This document shows, piece after piece, positions 1-9,250 of a stretch of 64,000 nucleotides of DNA. The notes below the pieces were generated by a model, which saw only the letters and a list, made by a program, of their open reading frames with translations, was not told the DNA's origin and did not search any database. The DNA comes from an uncultured Methanomicrobiales archaeon (lineage in GTDB: Archaea; Halobacteriota; Methanomicrobia; Methanomicrobiales; Methanospirillaceae): contig CAVWXH010000003.1 of the NCBI GenBank assembly GCA_963758915.1, positions 320,001 through 384,000 of the forward strand, given 5' to 3'. The position numbers and the translations under genes were made by a program. The stretch's first letter is position 1, and the number at the start of each line of letters is the position of its first letter.

Positions 1-386
1 CGGTGACCGCATCAATGGCAATGTCCATCGCTTCAAGGTCCCAGGTATTGTTCCGGAAGTTCTTGTTGATAGAACGCGTGAGGGCAGCTGACATTTCCCT
101 GCATTCCGGCAATACACGTCATATCCTTCACCCGGACAAGGCTAAGGTCGCTGTAAAGTGACCTGATAGAAGTCACAATCTCGCCAGGGATCTTCTCGCT
201 TTCCTTGTAGTCAGTCAATGTTCCGGCAAAAATGATCGCAATGGTAAAAATCGCACCACCAATAAACGCGGTGATCAGATTCGTCACAGAGAGAATGTCA
301 AAATTAAGGTAATCAAAAACCATCCTGAAGATAAGCAGAATGATTGTGATCCCGAATGCCTTGAGAATGAGGCCCCATTTAGTCAT
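1..386 (-). pseudogene. Membrane protein of unknown function, apparent +1 frameshift near nt 89, runs off window edge
   Basis: ATG at 386 gives MTKWGLILKAFGITIILL... with two hydrophobic helices. After ...QGNV, removing one base continues as AALTRSINKNFRNNTWDLEAMDIAIDAVT to the edge. Could be a sequencing indel. Confidence 0.55.
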
Positions 387-518
387 GAATGATCCCATAC
401 GTATCACACGATATCCCACGTATACCTGATGTTTTGTTATTCATTCCGGTTGACCAGTCCTGCCGAAATAGCCACCTGAAATGCCCTTGTTGATCCGGAT
501 GGCGGGTATTATAGTTCT

Positions 519-3062
519 TCATACGTTCCTCGCATTCCAGTACTTGAAACACTCAAACCAGACGATACTTAAAGCACCGGCTGAAGCGCAAACAATGAGT
601 TCTGATACTGGCACAGTCCCGAACCCGAACAGGTCCTGAAGCACAGGAATGTAAAGGACCAGCAGCAGGCAGCTGATCGTCCCAAAAAACACCCACCACA
701 TCGCCTTGTTGGGCGTGCGCAATGTAGTCAGTGCAGTTTCAGACCAGGACCTGTTGGTCAGGATCAGGAAGAGATTTGCGACCACGATAGTCGTGAATGT
801 CAGTGTCCTCACCTCATCCTCACTAAAACCCCTGGCCAGTGCATTCACATACACAATGAGGACTATCCCTAATACAACAAACCCCTGGAGCAGGCTCAGT
901 GCCAGGGTCCGCTTCGTGAAAAGCCCCTCGCTTTTCTGCCGGGGTGGACGGTCCATTACGTTCCGTTCTTCTTTTTCTGATTCAAAGACGATCGAACAGG
1001 CCGGATCTATGACCAGTTCGAGAAAGACGATTTGCACCGGCAGCATGACCAGCGGCAGGTTAAAGAGAACGGGAATAAGCGACATGCCTGCGATAGGGAC
1101 GTGAATTGAAAAAATATACGCCATCGCTTTTTTCAGGTTATCAAAAATTCTCCGTCCCAGCCGCACCGCGGAAACAATCGAGATGAAGTTGTCGTCCAGC
1201 AGGACAAGCGACGACGATTCACGGGCAACATCAGTACCCCGGCCGCCCATGGCAATCCCGATATCTGCAGATTTCAGCGCCGGGGCATCATTCACCCCAT
1301 CCCCGGTCATGGCAACCACTTCACCGCTGGTTTTGAGGGCATTGACAATACGCAGTTTCTGTTCGGGGACTACCCTCGCAAAGAGTGATACTGTCCGGAT
1401 ACGCTGAATAAGCTCTTCTTCGCTCATTTTTTCAAGTTCAGCGCCAGTGATGCACTGGTCAGTATATAAAAGCCCGATCTGGCGGCCGATATTCTGGGCG
1501 GTAAGCGGATAATCCCCGGTAATCATGATTACACGGATACCTGCCGTATAGCATTCTCTCACGGCTTCTGCAACCTGGGGGCGGACCGGATCGGCAAATC
1601 CAACAAGCCCTAGGAAGGTAAAGGTGAAATCATGCTGCCCATCCGGAAGTTCGGCCCGGGAAAACGACGCCTTTGCCACACCAAGGATACGGAGCCCCTG
1701 TGAGGCCATTTTGTCGATATCCAACGCAATTTCCTGCCGTTTCTCCTCGCTGAAGTGGCAAAGGTCTGCGATTGCTTCGGGGGCCCCTTTCGAGGCGATA
1801 ATGTAGTCGTTCCCCCCGGGAGATCTCCAGACATTGGACATTGCAAGGAGTTCGGGGGAGAGGGGGTACTCCAGCACGAGCTCCCAGCCGGAATGGATAT
1901 GCTCAGTTGCCCCGAAATCCCCCTCCCCGAGCTTGAAAAGCGCCTTTTCCATCGGATCGAAGGGGTCTTTTTTACAAGCGAGAATGGCAAACTCAGCCAC
2001 TTCATGACAGATTTCTGCGACCGAATTGTTACCGGTGGCATCGTGTTCGCATATCCGGCCTGACGAAAAAAAATTCTGGACCGACATCCTGTTCTCTGTC
2101 AGGGTGCCGGTCTTATCCACGCACAGCACGGTCGCAGAACCAAGGGTTTCAATTGCTGGTACCTGGCGGGTCAGCACATTTTTCCGGGATATCCTCCATG
2201 CCCCGAGGGCAAGGAATATAGTCAGGACGACCGGAAACTCTTCCGGCAGGATTGCCATCGCAAGAGTGATCCCCGCTAAAAACCCTTCAATCCAGTTACC
2301 ACGGGAAACGCCATATACTACCACGATAATTGCGCAAAGGAAGATCCCCACGATTGCGATCGTCCTGACGATCCTTGATATCTCCCCCTTAAGTCGGGTT
2401 TCCCCCCGCTCCACGGTTTGCAGGACGGTCCCGATCTTCCCCATCTCGGTCCCGGCCCCGATTGACCTGATTTCTGCAAGGCCCTGGCCCTGCACGACCA
2501 TCGTTCCCGAATAAACATAAGGCTGGTCATCACCGCCGGGACGTTCGGCGTGCACCCCCTCTGTCCAGGCAATTTTCCGGACCGGGACCGATTCTCCGGT
2601 CAGGAGCGATTCATCAACTGACACGTTATTGGAGGAGAGAAGGAAACCGTCAGCAGGCACCCTGTCCCCTTCGACAAGGATGACCAGGTCCCCGGTCACC
2701 ACTTCACGTCCCGGTATCCTGACCTGCTCACCGTCACGGATAACCAGTGCACGGGGACTTGAGAGATTTCGCAATGCTTCCAGTGCCCTTTCTGTCTTCT
2801 GCTCCTGGTAGACCGTAATACCAATGATGACAAGCACAAAACTCATCAGCATAAGGCCTTCGGATATATCACCGAGTACAAAATAGATCAGGCCGCTTGC
2901 GACCAGGAGAATAAACATCGGCTCGTGGACTACTTCAATGATGATACCAAAAATGCTGCGTTTCTTTGACTCGGGGAGTTCATTATATCCCCCGGTTTTT
3001 AATTTTTCGGCAGCTTGTTCCTGAGAAAGACCAGTAAAAGACTCAATATCAAGGACTGGCAT
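519..3062 (-). CDS. Cation-transporting P-type ATPase (type II-like)
   Basis: TGES, DKTGTLT, KGAPE, TGD and GDGVNDAPALK motifs; PEEFP in TM4; multiple TM helices. Confidence 0.95.
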   Translation of the reverse strand: MPVLDIESFTGLSQEQAAEKLKTGGYNELPESKKRSIFGIIIEVVHEPMFILLVASGLIYFVLGDISEGLMLMSFVLVIIGITVYQEQKTERALEALRNLSSPRALVIRDGEQVRIPGREVVTGDLVILVEGDRVPADGFLLSSNNVSVDESLLTGESVPVRKIAWTEGVHAERPGGDDQPYVYSGTMVVQGQGLAEIRSIGAGTEMGKIGTVLQTVERGETRLKGEISRIVRTIAIVGIFLCAIIVVVYGVSRGNWIEGFLAGITLAMAILPEEFPVVLTIFLALGAWRISRKNVLTRQVPAIETLGSATVLCVDKTGTLTENRMSVQNFFSSGRICEHDATGNNSVAEICHEVAEFAILACKKDPFDPMEKALFKLGEGDFGATEHIHSGWELVLEYPLSPELLAMSNVWRSPGGNDYIIASKGAPEAIADLCHFSEEKRQEIALDIDKMASQGLRILGVAKASFSRAELPDGQHDFTFTFLGLVGFADPVRPQVAEAVRECYTAGIRVIMITGDYPLTAQNIGRQIGLLYTDQCITGAELEKMSEEELIQRIRTVSLFARVVPEQKLRIVNALKTSGEVVAMTGDGVNDAPALKSADIGIAMGGRGTDVARESSSLVLLDDNFISIVSAVRLGRRIFDNLKKAMAYIFSIHVPIAGMSLIPVLFNLPLVMLPVQIVFLELVIDPACSIVFESEKEERNVMDRPPRQKSEGLFTKRTLALSLLQGFVVLGIVLIVYVNALARGFSEDEVRTLTFTTIVVANLFLILTNRSWSETALTTLRTPNKAMWWVFFGTISCLLLVLYIPVLQDLFGFGTVPVSELIVCASAGALSIVWFECFKYWNARNV

Positions 3063-3507
3063 TATGGTGTTCCACCCGGTGCTGGTAAGCGCGTAGTAGT
3101 GGTTGTGGCCTTAAGATTTTTTGTTATGGCAGGGGGCAATACCCGCCTGAGCTGGTCAGCCCTGATTAATTTTTCATTGGGGACCTGCAGGTAAAATACC
3201 GGCAGCAGGCTAAAGAAAGTGTATTTTCTGGAACATAAGCGTAATTCCTGATTAGTTGTGCGGGAAACATGGTTGATAAAGGGAATGCTCATGCTTAAAC
3301 CAGAACATTACAATTGTGAACATAAAGGGTTTCCGATGGAACATTATTTCTCCATTCTGAATTTTCCTGTATATATGCCGGCGGTGTGCAACACAGACTG
3401 GAAGAAATAACAGCTTTCGTTAAATGATCCTTCAGTCAGCAGGACATAAATGACACTAAAAGCAGTACCCGGATTTTATCAAAGAGAATCGACTTTGCAG
3501 ACATCCT

Positions 3508-3770
3508 GGCTCTGTAGAAATGCTCTCAAATCTATGCTGCAGGTTCGGTTATTCCAAAATTTAGTCACGCTCCCGGGGCTCATGGCCCGCCGCTGTGGCC
3601 ACCCCGGGTTGGGATAGGGAATAATCTCCAAGTCGCGGAAATTTTCTTCCAATATCCCAATCGAACCCTGCCAATGAATATCTTATCGGGGGTGGTGCAG
3701 GGAGGGGGTTTCGCCCCCTCCTGTCACCGTATTCCCCCTTTTTTAAATATGAAGGGTTTTCAACAAAGCC
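3508..3770. mobile_element. MITE-like element, copy 1 (263 bp)
   Basis: Ends GGCTCTGTAGAAA ... TTTTCAACAAAGCC form imperfect TIRs. Body is homologous to 14079-14344 (26-bp exact match AAAATTTAGTCACGCTCCCGGGGCTC) and to 28319-28530 in reverse. Confidence 0.75.
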
Positions 3771-3964
3771 GGACTCCTGAAATTTCCACACACCCCGGGA
3801 GGCTCCACCCCGGTACTCTGGCGGCCCCGGTTGTGATGGGCCCTGTTTATTCCACCTCTGAAACCAGAGGAACTCCCTGCCAAAAGAATATCCCGGCACC
3901 CAAAAAATCCCCCTGACATGGTACCATCATAATATCCAAATATTACCGGGGAGATCTCGAATAT

Positions 3965-4489
3965 ATGAAGATCCTGATCGCTATTGCACCCGAAAAATTC
4001 CGGGACGAGGAGCTCGCCGGACCTGTCGCTGCGCTTCAAAAGGCAGGGATTGCAATGGATATCGCTTCCACCCGGAGGGGGGCCTGTACCGGGATGCTCG
4101 GGGCCAGGACAACCGCCACACTCTCGTTTGAGGAGGTGGATCCGGAACACTATGACGGTCTTGTTATTGTTGGCGGGTCAGGCTCACAGGTCTACCTCTG
4201 GAATGATGAGGTGCTTGTTCACCTGGTAACATTTTTCCAGAAATCGGGAAAAGTTATCGCCGCGATCTGTCTGGCCCCTGTTGTTCTCGCCCGTGCAGGG
4301 GTACTGAAGGGTAAAACGTCTACATATTTTGAGAGCACCGCTTCCGATTTCGAGATGAAAAAAGGTGGTGCCGTCGTTGTCAGGGCCCCGGTTGTCACCG
4401 ATGGGCGGATAATTACTGCCAGCGGTCCGTTGGCATCAGAAGAGTTTGGAGAGGCTGTCGTGAAAAATCTCACCGGTCCGGGATGGTAA
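3965..4489 (+). CDS. DJ-1/PfpI family protein
   Basis: FRDEE, YDGLVIVGGSG, AAICLAP nucleophile elbow, VVTDGRIITASGP. Confidence 0.92.
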   Translation: MKILIAIAPEKFRDEELAGPVAALQKAGIAMDIASTRRGACTGMLGARTTATLSFEEVDPEHYDGLVIVGGSGSQVYLWNDEVLVHLVTFFQKSGKVIAAICLAPVVLARAGVLKGKTSTYFESTASDFEMKKGGAVVVRAPVVTDGRIITASGPLASEEFGEAVVKNLTGPGW

Positions 4490-4694
4490 TCAGTTAACGG
4501 GTATTGACACCCGTATTTCCGGTGCACCGCCATTTTTTGGTTCCGGGGCCTTCACCTGCATCTAGTTACAGGGGTCCCGGATAAGAGGGGGGCTGCCACG
4601 GGTTGATATCCCGGTACACAAGGGCTTTTCCTCAGGCAGGTCTTTTCTTCATCATCGCAATCCTTTATCTGGGTCCCGCTCGTGAGTATGATAC

Positions 4695-5057
4695 ATGGAA
4701 GATTTTATCTCGCTGCAACACCGGACTACCTGCTATCACTGCAAGGAGGACACCGGCCAGATCATTACCGCAGTCCCGAATGGTGCACAGGTCGTGTGTG
4801 GCAATTGCGGGGCCACGAGGTCGTATATCCCAATCATCGAAGATATCAGTAAAAAAGGGGACTACGTCAGGCCCGGGTGTTATGATATCTGGAACCTGGT
4901 GTCTGCGGCATTATGCAGGCAGTGCAGGGTGAAAGGCCCCCATGATGTAACTATCGGGTGCAGGAATTTTACGGTCCGGTGCAGGAATTGCGGGTTTACA
5001 CACCTCTACCGGTTCAGCCTCGAGTTCATTGACAATCCGGGCAAACCACCGGGATGA
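4695..5057 (+). CDS. Double zinc-ribbon protein, unknown function
   Basis: Four CxxC pairs (CYHC, CGNC, CRQC, CRNC) in two similar halves. Confidence 0.7.
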   Translation: MEDFISLQHRTTCYHCKEDTGQIITAVPNGAQVVCGNCGATRSYIPIIEDISKKGDYVRPGCYDIWNLVSAALCRQCRVKGPHDVTIGCRNFTVRCRNCGFTHLYRFSLEFIDNPGKPPG

Positions 5058-5230
5058 CCTCGAAACCAATCGGAAGTGCGGGAACAGAATAACCAGGGGT
5101 GTTGCAGGAACGGGGTATACCGGGGCTAATCCCTACAATTTCGCAGCCGGTATTGTTCCATTCCTGTAACGGGACCTTACGCCGACACCCTTCCCCAACA
5201 TCTAAATCAATGTACTCTTCATTACCACGT

Positions 5231-6430
5231 ATGGTCACGTACGAAGATATCGTCCATGCAAACGAGGTCATAGCACCCCATATCATCCGTACGCCTCTAA
5301 TTTACTCGCCTACCTTTTCTGAGGTGACCGGGGCTGATATTTACCTGAAACTCGAAACCCTTCAGAAAGCTGGTTCATTCAAAGTCCGTGGGGCAACATA
5401 CCGGATCCTCAACAATATCAACAAGATCGGTGAGGCGGGTGTGATCGCGGCCTCTGCAGGAAATCATGCGCAGGGTGTGGCAGTCGCCGCCCGCATGTCA
5501 GGTTTCCACGCGACCATCGTTATGCCAGTCCATGCTTCCCTGAGTAAGCAGGCCGCAACAAAGAGTTATGGCGCAACAATAATCCTTAAAGGAGAAAACC
5601 TCCAGGAATCAATTGAAACTGCTTCGGCACTTGCCATGAACGGTGCACTATTCATCCACCCTTATGACGATCCCGATATCATCGCAGGCCAGGGCACAAT
5701 CGGGATTGAAATAATGGAAGACCTCCAATCAGTAGATACTATTATTGTTCCGGTCGGGGGAGGCGGCCTTATCAGCGGTATTGCAATTGCCGTGAAAGCA
5801 AAAAATCCGGCAGTCCGGATCATAGGGGTGCAGGCAGCGGCCTGCCCGTCAGCATTCGAAGCCATGCGGGAAGCTGAAGTAGTTACGGTTGTCCCCGACC
5901 GTTCGGTTGCTGACGGTATCCTGGTTCCGCGGGTCGGTACATTGGCCCTGCCCGTCCTCGAGTCGCTTGTTGATGAAATAGTTCTTGTGTCCGAAGAGGA
6001 GATTATTGATGCCATGCTGCTCCTCCTCGAGAGGAAAAAAATCCTGGCAGAAGGTGCGGGTGCAGCCCCCGTTGCAGCATTGCTGAATAACCACATTTCC
6101 ATTCCAAAGGGCAGCAACGTTGTGCTGGTCATATCAGGAGGAAACGTCGATACACCGCTGCTCGCAAAGATCCTTAATCGCGGACTGGTACGCAAAGGCC
6201 GGATCATGCATACCTCGATCAGGTTACAGGATGTCCCGGGATCACTGGCCGGTCTTCTTTCGGTAATTGCACAATGCGGGGGAAATATCATCCATATCGG
6301 GCACGGGAAGGAGGATCCTGATCTGCCACCAGGGATGGTTATCGTGGATATTGATATTGAAACACGTGGACCGGGCCATGTGCAGGAAATTGAGCAGAAA
6401 ATCCAGGAGGCGGGGTTTTTAACCACGTGA
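5231..6430 (+). CDS. ilvA: Threonine ammonia-lyase (dehydratase) with C-terminal ACT domain
   Basis: LKLETLQKAGSFKVRGA (PLP lysine), ASAGNHAQG, PVGGGGL, ISGGN; ACT-like DVPGSLAGLL tail; start moved to ATG 5231. Confidence 0.92.
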   Translation: MVTYEDIVHANEVIAPHIIRTPLIYSPTFSEVTGADIYLKLETLQKAGSFKVRGATYRILNNINKIGEAGVIAASAGNHAQGVAVAARMSGFHATIVMPVHASLSKQAATKSYGATIILKGENLQESIETASALAMNGALFIHPYDDPDIIAGQGTIGIEIMEDLQSVDTIIVPVGGGGLISGIAIAVKAKNPAVRIIGVQAAACPSAFEAMREAEVVTVVPDRSVADGILVPRVGTLALPVLESLVDEIVLVSEEEIIDAMLLLLERKKILAEGAGAAPVAALLNNHISIPKGSNVVLVISGGNVDTPLLAKILNRGLVRKGRIMHTSIRLQDVPGSLAGLLSVIAQCGGNIIHIGHGKEDPDLPPGMVIVDIDIETRGPGHVQEIEQKIQEAGFLTT

Positions 6431-6766
6431 TTTCTTCGGGGTGTCCCGGACGACGCAAAGTAGCGGGAATGGTCTTTTTTGGAGATTGAAGGCTTGTTTA
6501 AAGCGTTCGAAATCGCTCCTTTTCTACCTTAACCCACCCATAAGACGAGTCCGGTTATTGTAAGCCAATGTAATTACGACAAGCTTGTGATTATCGTTTC
6601 ACCATAAACCACCGGATATTGTTCTGCCGGGTCTGACCCGCGTCCAGGTTTTCAGGTACTGTCAGTTAGTTAGCATTTTACTAGGATACGGTACAGAAGA
6701 TCTATGTACCAGCCAGGATATCGTCTCATACCGGGCAATCTCCTGGCAGGACGTTTAGGTAATACA

Positions 6767-6911
6767 ATGAAGTTCAATACATCGAAACGGGGTTTCATCC
6801 TCGTCCTGATAGCACTCTGTCTCACCGTAGTCGGAGTAACCGGTCCTTGCTGATGAAACGACAGGTTACAATGCAGACTCCTATACCGGATTGTTTGCCC
6901 TTAATCCCATG
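6767..6911 (+). pseudogene. N-terminal relic of an exported protein joined to an IS fragment
   Basis: MKFNTSKRGFILVLIALCLTVVGV, then a 1-nt shift gives PVLA-DETTGYNADSYTG..., which is signal-peptide-like and runs in frame into transposase sequence. Confidence 0.45.
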
Positions 6912-7460
6912 GTCTCATACAGAGAGATTATCGAATTGATTGAGGTGATGAATGTGATTCAAACACACCTGGGAATTGCTCGAATACCTCATTTCACAAC
7001 GCTGAAGAAATTTTCATCACGGATTAGTTCAACAATCCTAACCGAGGTTCACAAGCAGGCCACCAGTTTTGCTTATCGAGATACGGGACGAGTATCAACA
7101 ATTGCAATCGATTCTACTGGTTTTCCAACTGAAAATTTCAGGTTACTAGGACTCAACGAGGACCGATAAGATCAGGAAGGATTTTATAAAAATCTCTGTT
7201 GCAGTTGATACCGAAAAACAAACAATTCTCGGTTCTAAAATCACTAAAAGCAGGCAGCATGATACAAAACATTCTAAACCACTCTTGAGAAATACTCTGA
7301 GAAAGGCAGATTTCTATGTCCTCGATCGTACGATATGATTCCGAGCAAAGTCACCTTCAGGGCAGAACCAATCCCCGTGCGACATCCATCATCGCTATTC
7401 GCGATTGGAACGCCGCCTATTTATGAGGGGGGATGAGACGCACAAAGGATCAAGGGACTT
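6912..7460 (+). mobile_element. Degraded IS5-family DDE transposase (pseudogene)
   Basis: Pieces SYREIIELIEVM..IPHFTTLKKF..IAIDSTGF / FIKISVAVDTEKQTILG..RQHDTKH..FYVLDR / YDSEQ..SIIAIRDWN across frames, with stops and frameshifts. Confidence 0.85.
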
Positions 7461-7826
7461 CCCTGCAAACTATATTTTTAATTCCATTGGCCGCCGGGAG
7501 TATAAAGGGCCACGAACCTGGGTATTTTTATCATGGATCTGAAAAATCCGTTCTTATTCTCCTTTTGGGTCGTTGACCTGACGGCCGCCTGATATACCCG
7601 ACCAGGCCTTCCTTTCCCGGTTTGCCTGCCAACACCATTCAGGGTATGATTACCCTCCACACCCGGTCTTACGCCCCCATTTCATTACCCGGGGCCGGGG
7701 TGCCCAAAGGATAGCGAAATACCCTGGTCACCCGGCAGTGTTCAATAGCTTTATTGTACATAGTCACAACTGTTCAGTACCGCCCGATACCAGGGAACCG
7801 GGAGTCCCAGCAGGTGAGTTCTGTCT

Positions 7827-9194
7827 ATGCAGCCAATTACCCCTAAAAAGTTATTGTTGTTAGATATCTGCATCATCGTCAGCACAATTACGGCCATTCT
7901 TGTTACGTGGTGGAGCCTTTCGATCGGTATTTACGATGTTTTCCCATTCTTTTACATCATCCCGCTCGTACTCATTGCGTTTGCACACCCGAAACTTGGT
8001 ATTTACGGGACCATTCTCCTGGGCTGGGTATACCTGGCCCTCGTCTTTCTTTTCGGGTTACCTGATGCCCGGAGTTACGCAATTGCGACCATCTGGTTCT
8101 ATATCTTTGTCTCTCTCGGTGTCCTCATCTCAACCTATTCAAAAGCATATCAACGGGAGGGGGAGAAAAATTGCGGGTTATATTACAATTCCCAGGCCGG
8201 GGCATTCAGCTACGATAAAGTCAGCCTTAGAATAAACAAGGCAAACCAGAAATTCTGCACGATACTGGGGTACAATTGTGACGACCTGAAGAAAAAAACA
8301 ATCACCGACATCATTCCGGATACGGCGGCCCGGGAGAGTTTTTTAACCCAGGTGTACAACGAGCACCGGATCAGGGATATTGAAGTGGGCCTTGCGGCTT
8401 CAGACGGTTCTCTGCGATGGGCGCTGGTTTCCGCAGTCGACTGCGAAACACCGGTAATCATCTGCACCGCTGTTGACATTACCGATCAAAAACTGGCCAT
8501 GGAAGCCCTGTCCCAGGCGAATAACAAGCTCAACCTTCTCAACAATATAACACGGCATGACATCCTTAACCAGTTGACCGTGCTCATCGGTTTTCTCGAG
8601 CTTTCACGGGGGGAAACTACGGACCCCCTGCAGATCACGTACATTACAAAGGAGGAACAGGCCGCAGAAGCGATCAGAAAACAGATCCTTTTCACCCGCG
8701 ATTACCAGAATATCGGGGTCCATTCACCCGGGTGGTACAATATCGGAGAGACCGTGTCGCTCGCTTTGGCAACGATTGACCTGGCCGGGATCAGGGTTTC
8801 CGTCAACCTTCCACAGGTTGAGATCTATGCCGATCCCCTTCTTGAAAAAGTATTTTACAACCTTGTTGAGAATTCGATCCGGCACGGGGAATGTGTAACA
8901 GAAATTGCCATCTGGTCTGTTGAAACCCCGGAGGGCTTCATCCTGGCCATCGAAGACAACGGCACAGGTGTCCCTGATAGTGAAAAAGAGAGGATTTTCA
9001 GGAGGGAATATTACAAAAATACCGGTTTCGGCCTCTTCCTGGGCAGGGAGATCCTCGCCATCACCGGTCTTACTATCAGGGAGAACGGAATACCCGGCAA
9101 AAGTGCCAGGTTTGAGATTGTTGCGCCCAGGGGTACCTACCGTTTTGTGAGAGAGGACGGGAGGGGCAGGGGTGCGGAACTAAACGGCACATAG
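7827..9194 (+). CDS. Membrane PAS-domain sensor histidine kinase
   Basis: About four N-terminal TMs, PAS ending AVDITDQK, H-box TRHDILNQL, NLVENSIRHG, EDNGTG, GFGLFL. Confidence 0.93.
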   Translation: MQPITPKKLLLLDICIIVSTITAILVTWWSLSIGIYDVFPFFYIIPLVLIAFAHPKLGIYGTILLGWVYLALVFLFGLPDARSYAIATIWFYIFVSLGVLISTYSKAYQREGEKNCGLYYNSQAGAFSYDKVSLRINKANQKFCTILGYNCDDLKKKTITDIIPDTAARESFLTQVYNEHRIRDIEVGLAASDGSLRWALVSAVDCETPVIICTAVDITDQKLAMEALSQANNKLNLLNNITRHDILNQLTVLIGFLELSRGETTDPLQITYITKEEQAAEAIRKQILFTRDYQNIGVHSPGWYNIGETVSLALATIDLAGIRVSVNLPQVEIYADPLLEKVFYNLVENSIRHGECVTEIAIWSVETPEGFILAIEDNGTGVPDSEKERIFRREYYKNTGFGLFLGREILAITGLTIRENGIPGKSARFEIVAPRGTYRFVREDGRGRGAELNGT

Positions 9195-9250
9195 TCCTTT
9201 TTCCGGTATGGATTCACCTGACGATATGCGGGATTCCCCGGACCCGGTAT

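Noticed and set aside
3561-3916. ORFs 3561-3899 and 3674-3916 (likewise 13948-14166, 14275-14508, 28298-28651)
   Set aside because: They overlap MITE-like repeats and have no protein-like features.
5662-6426. Long antisense ORFs (also 18386-19084, 30720-31460, 43843-44508, 51044-51865)
   Set aside because: Shadows of well-supported genes on the opposite strand.
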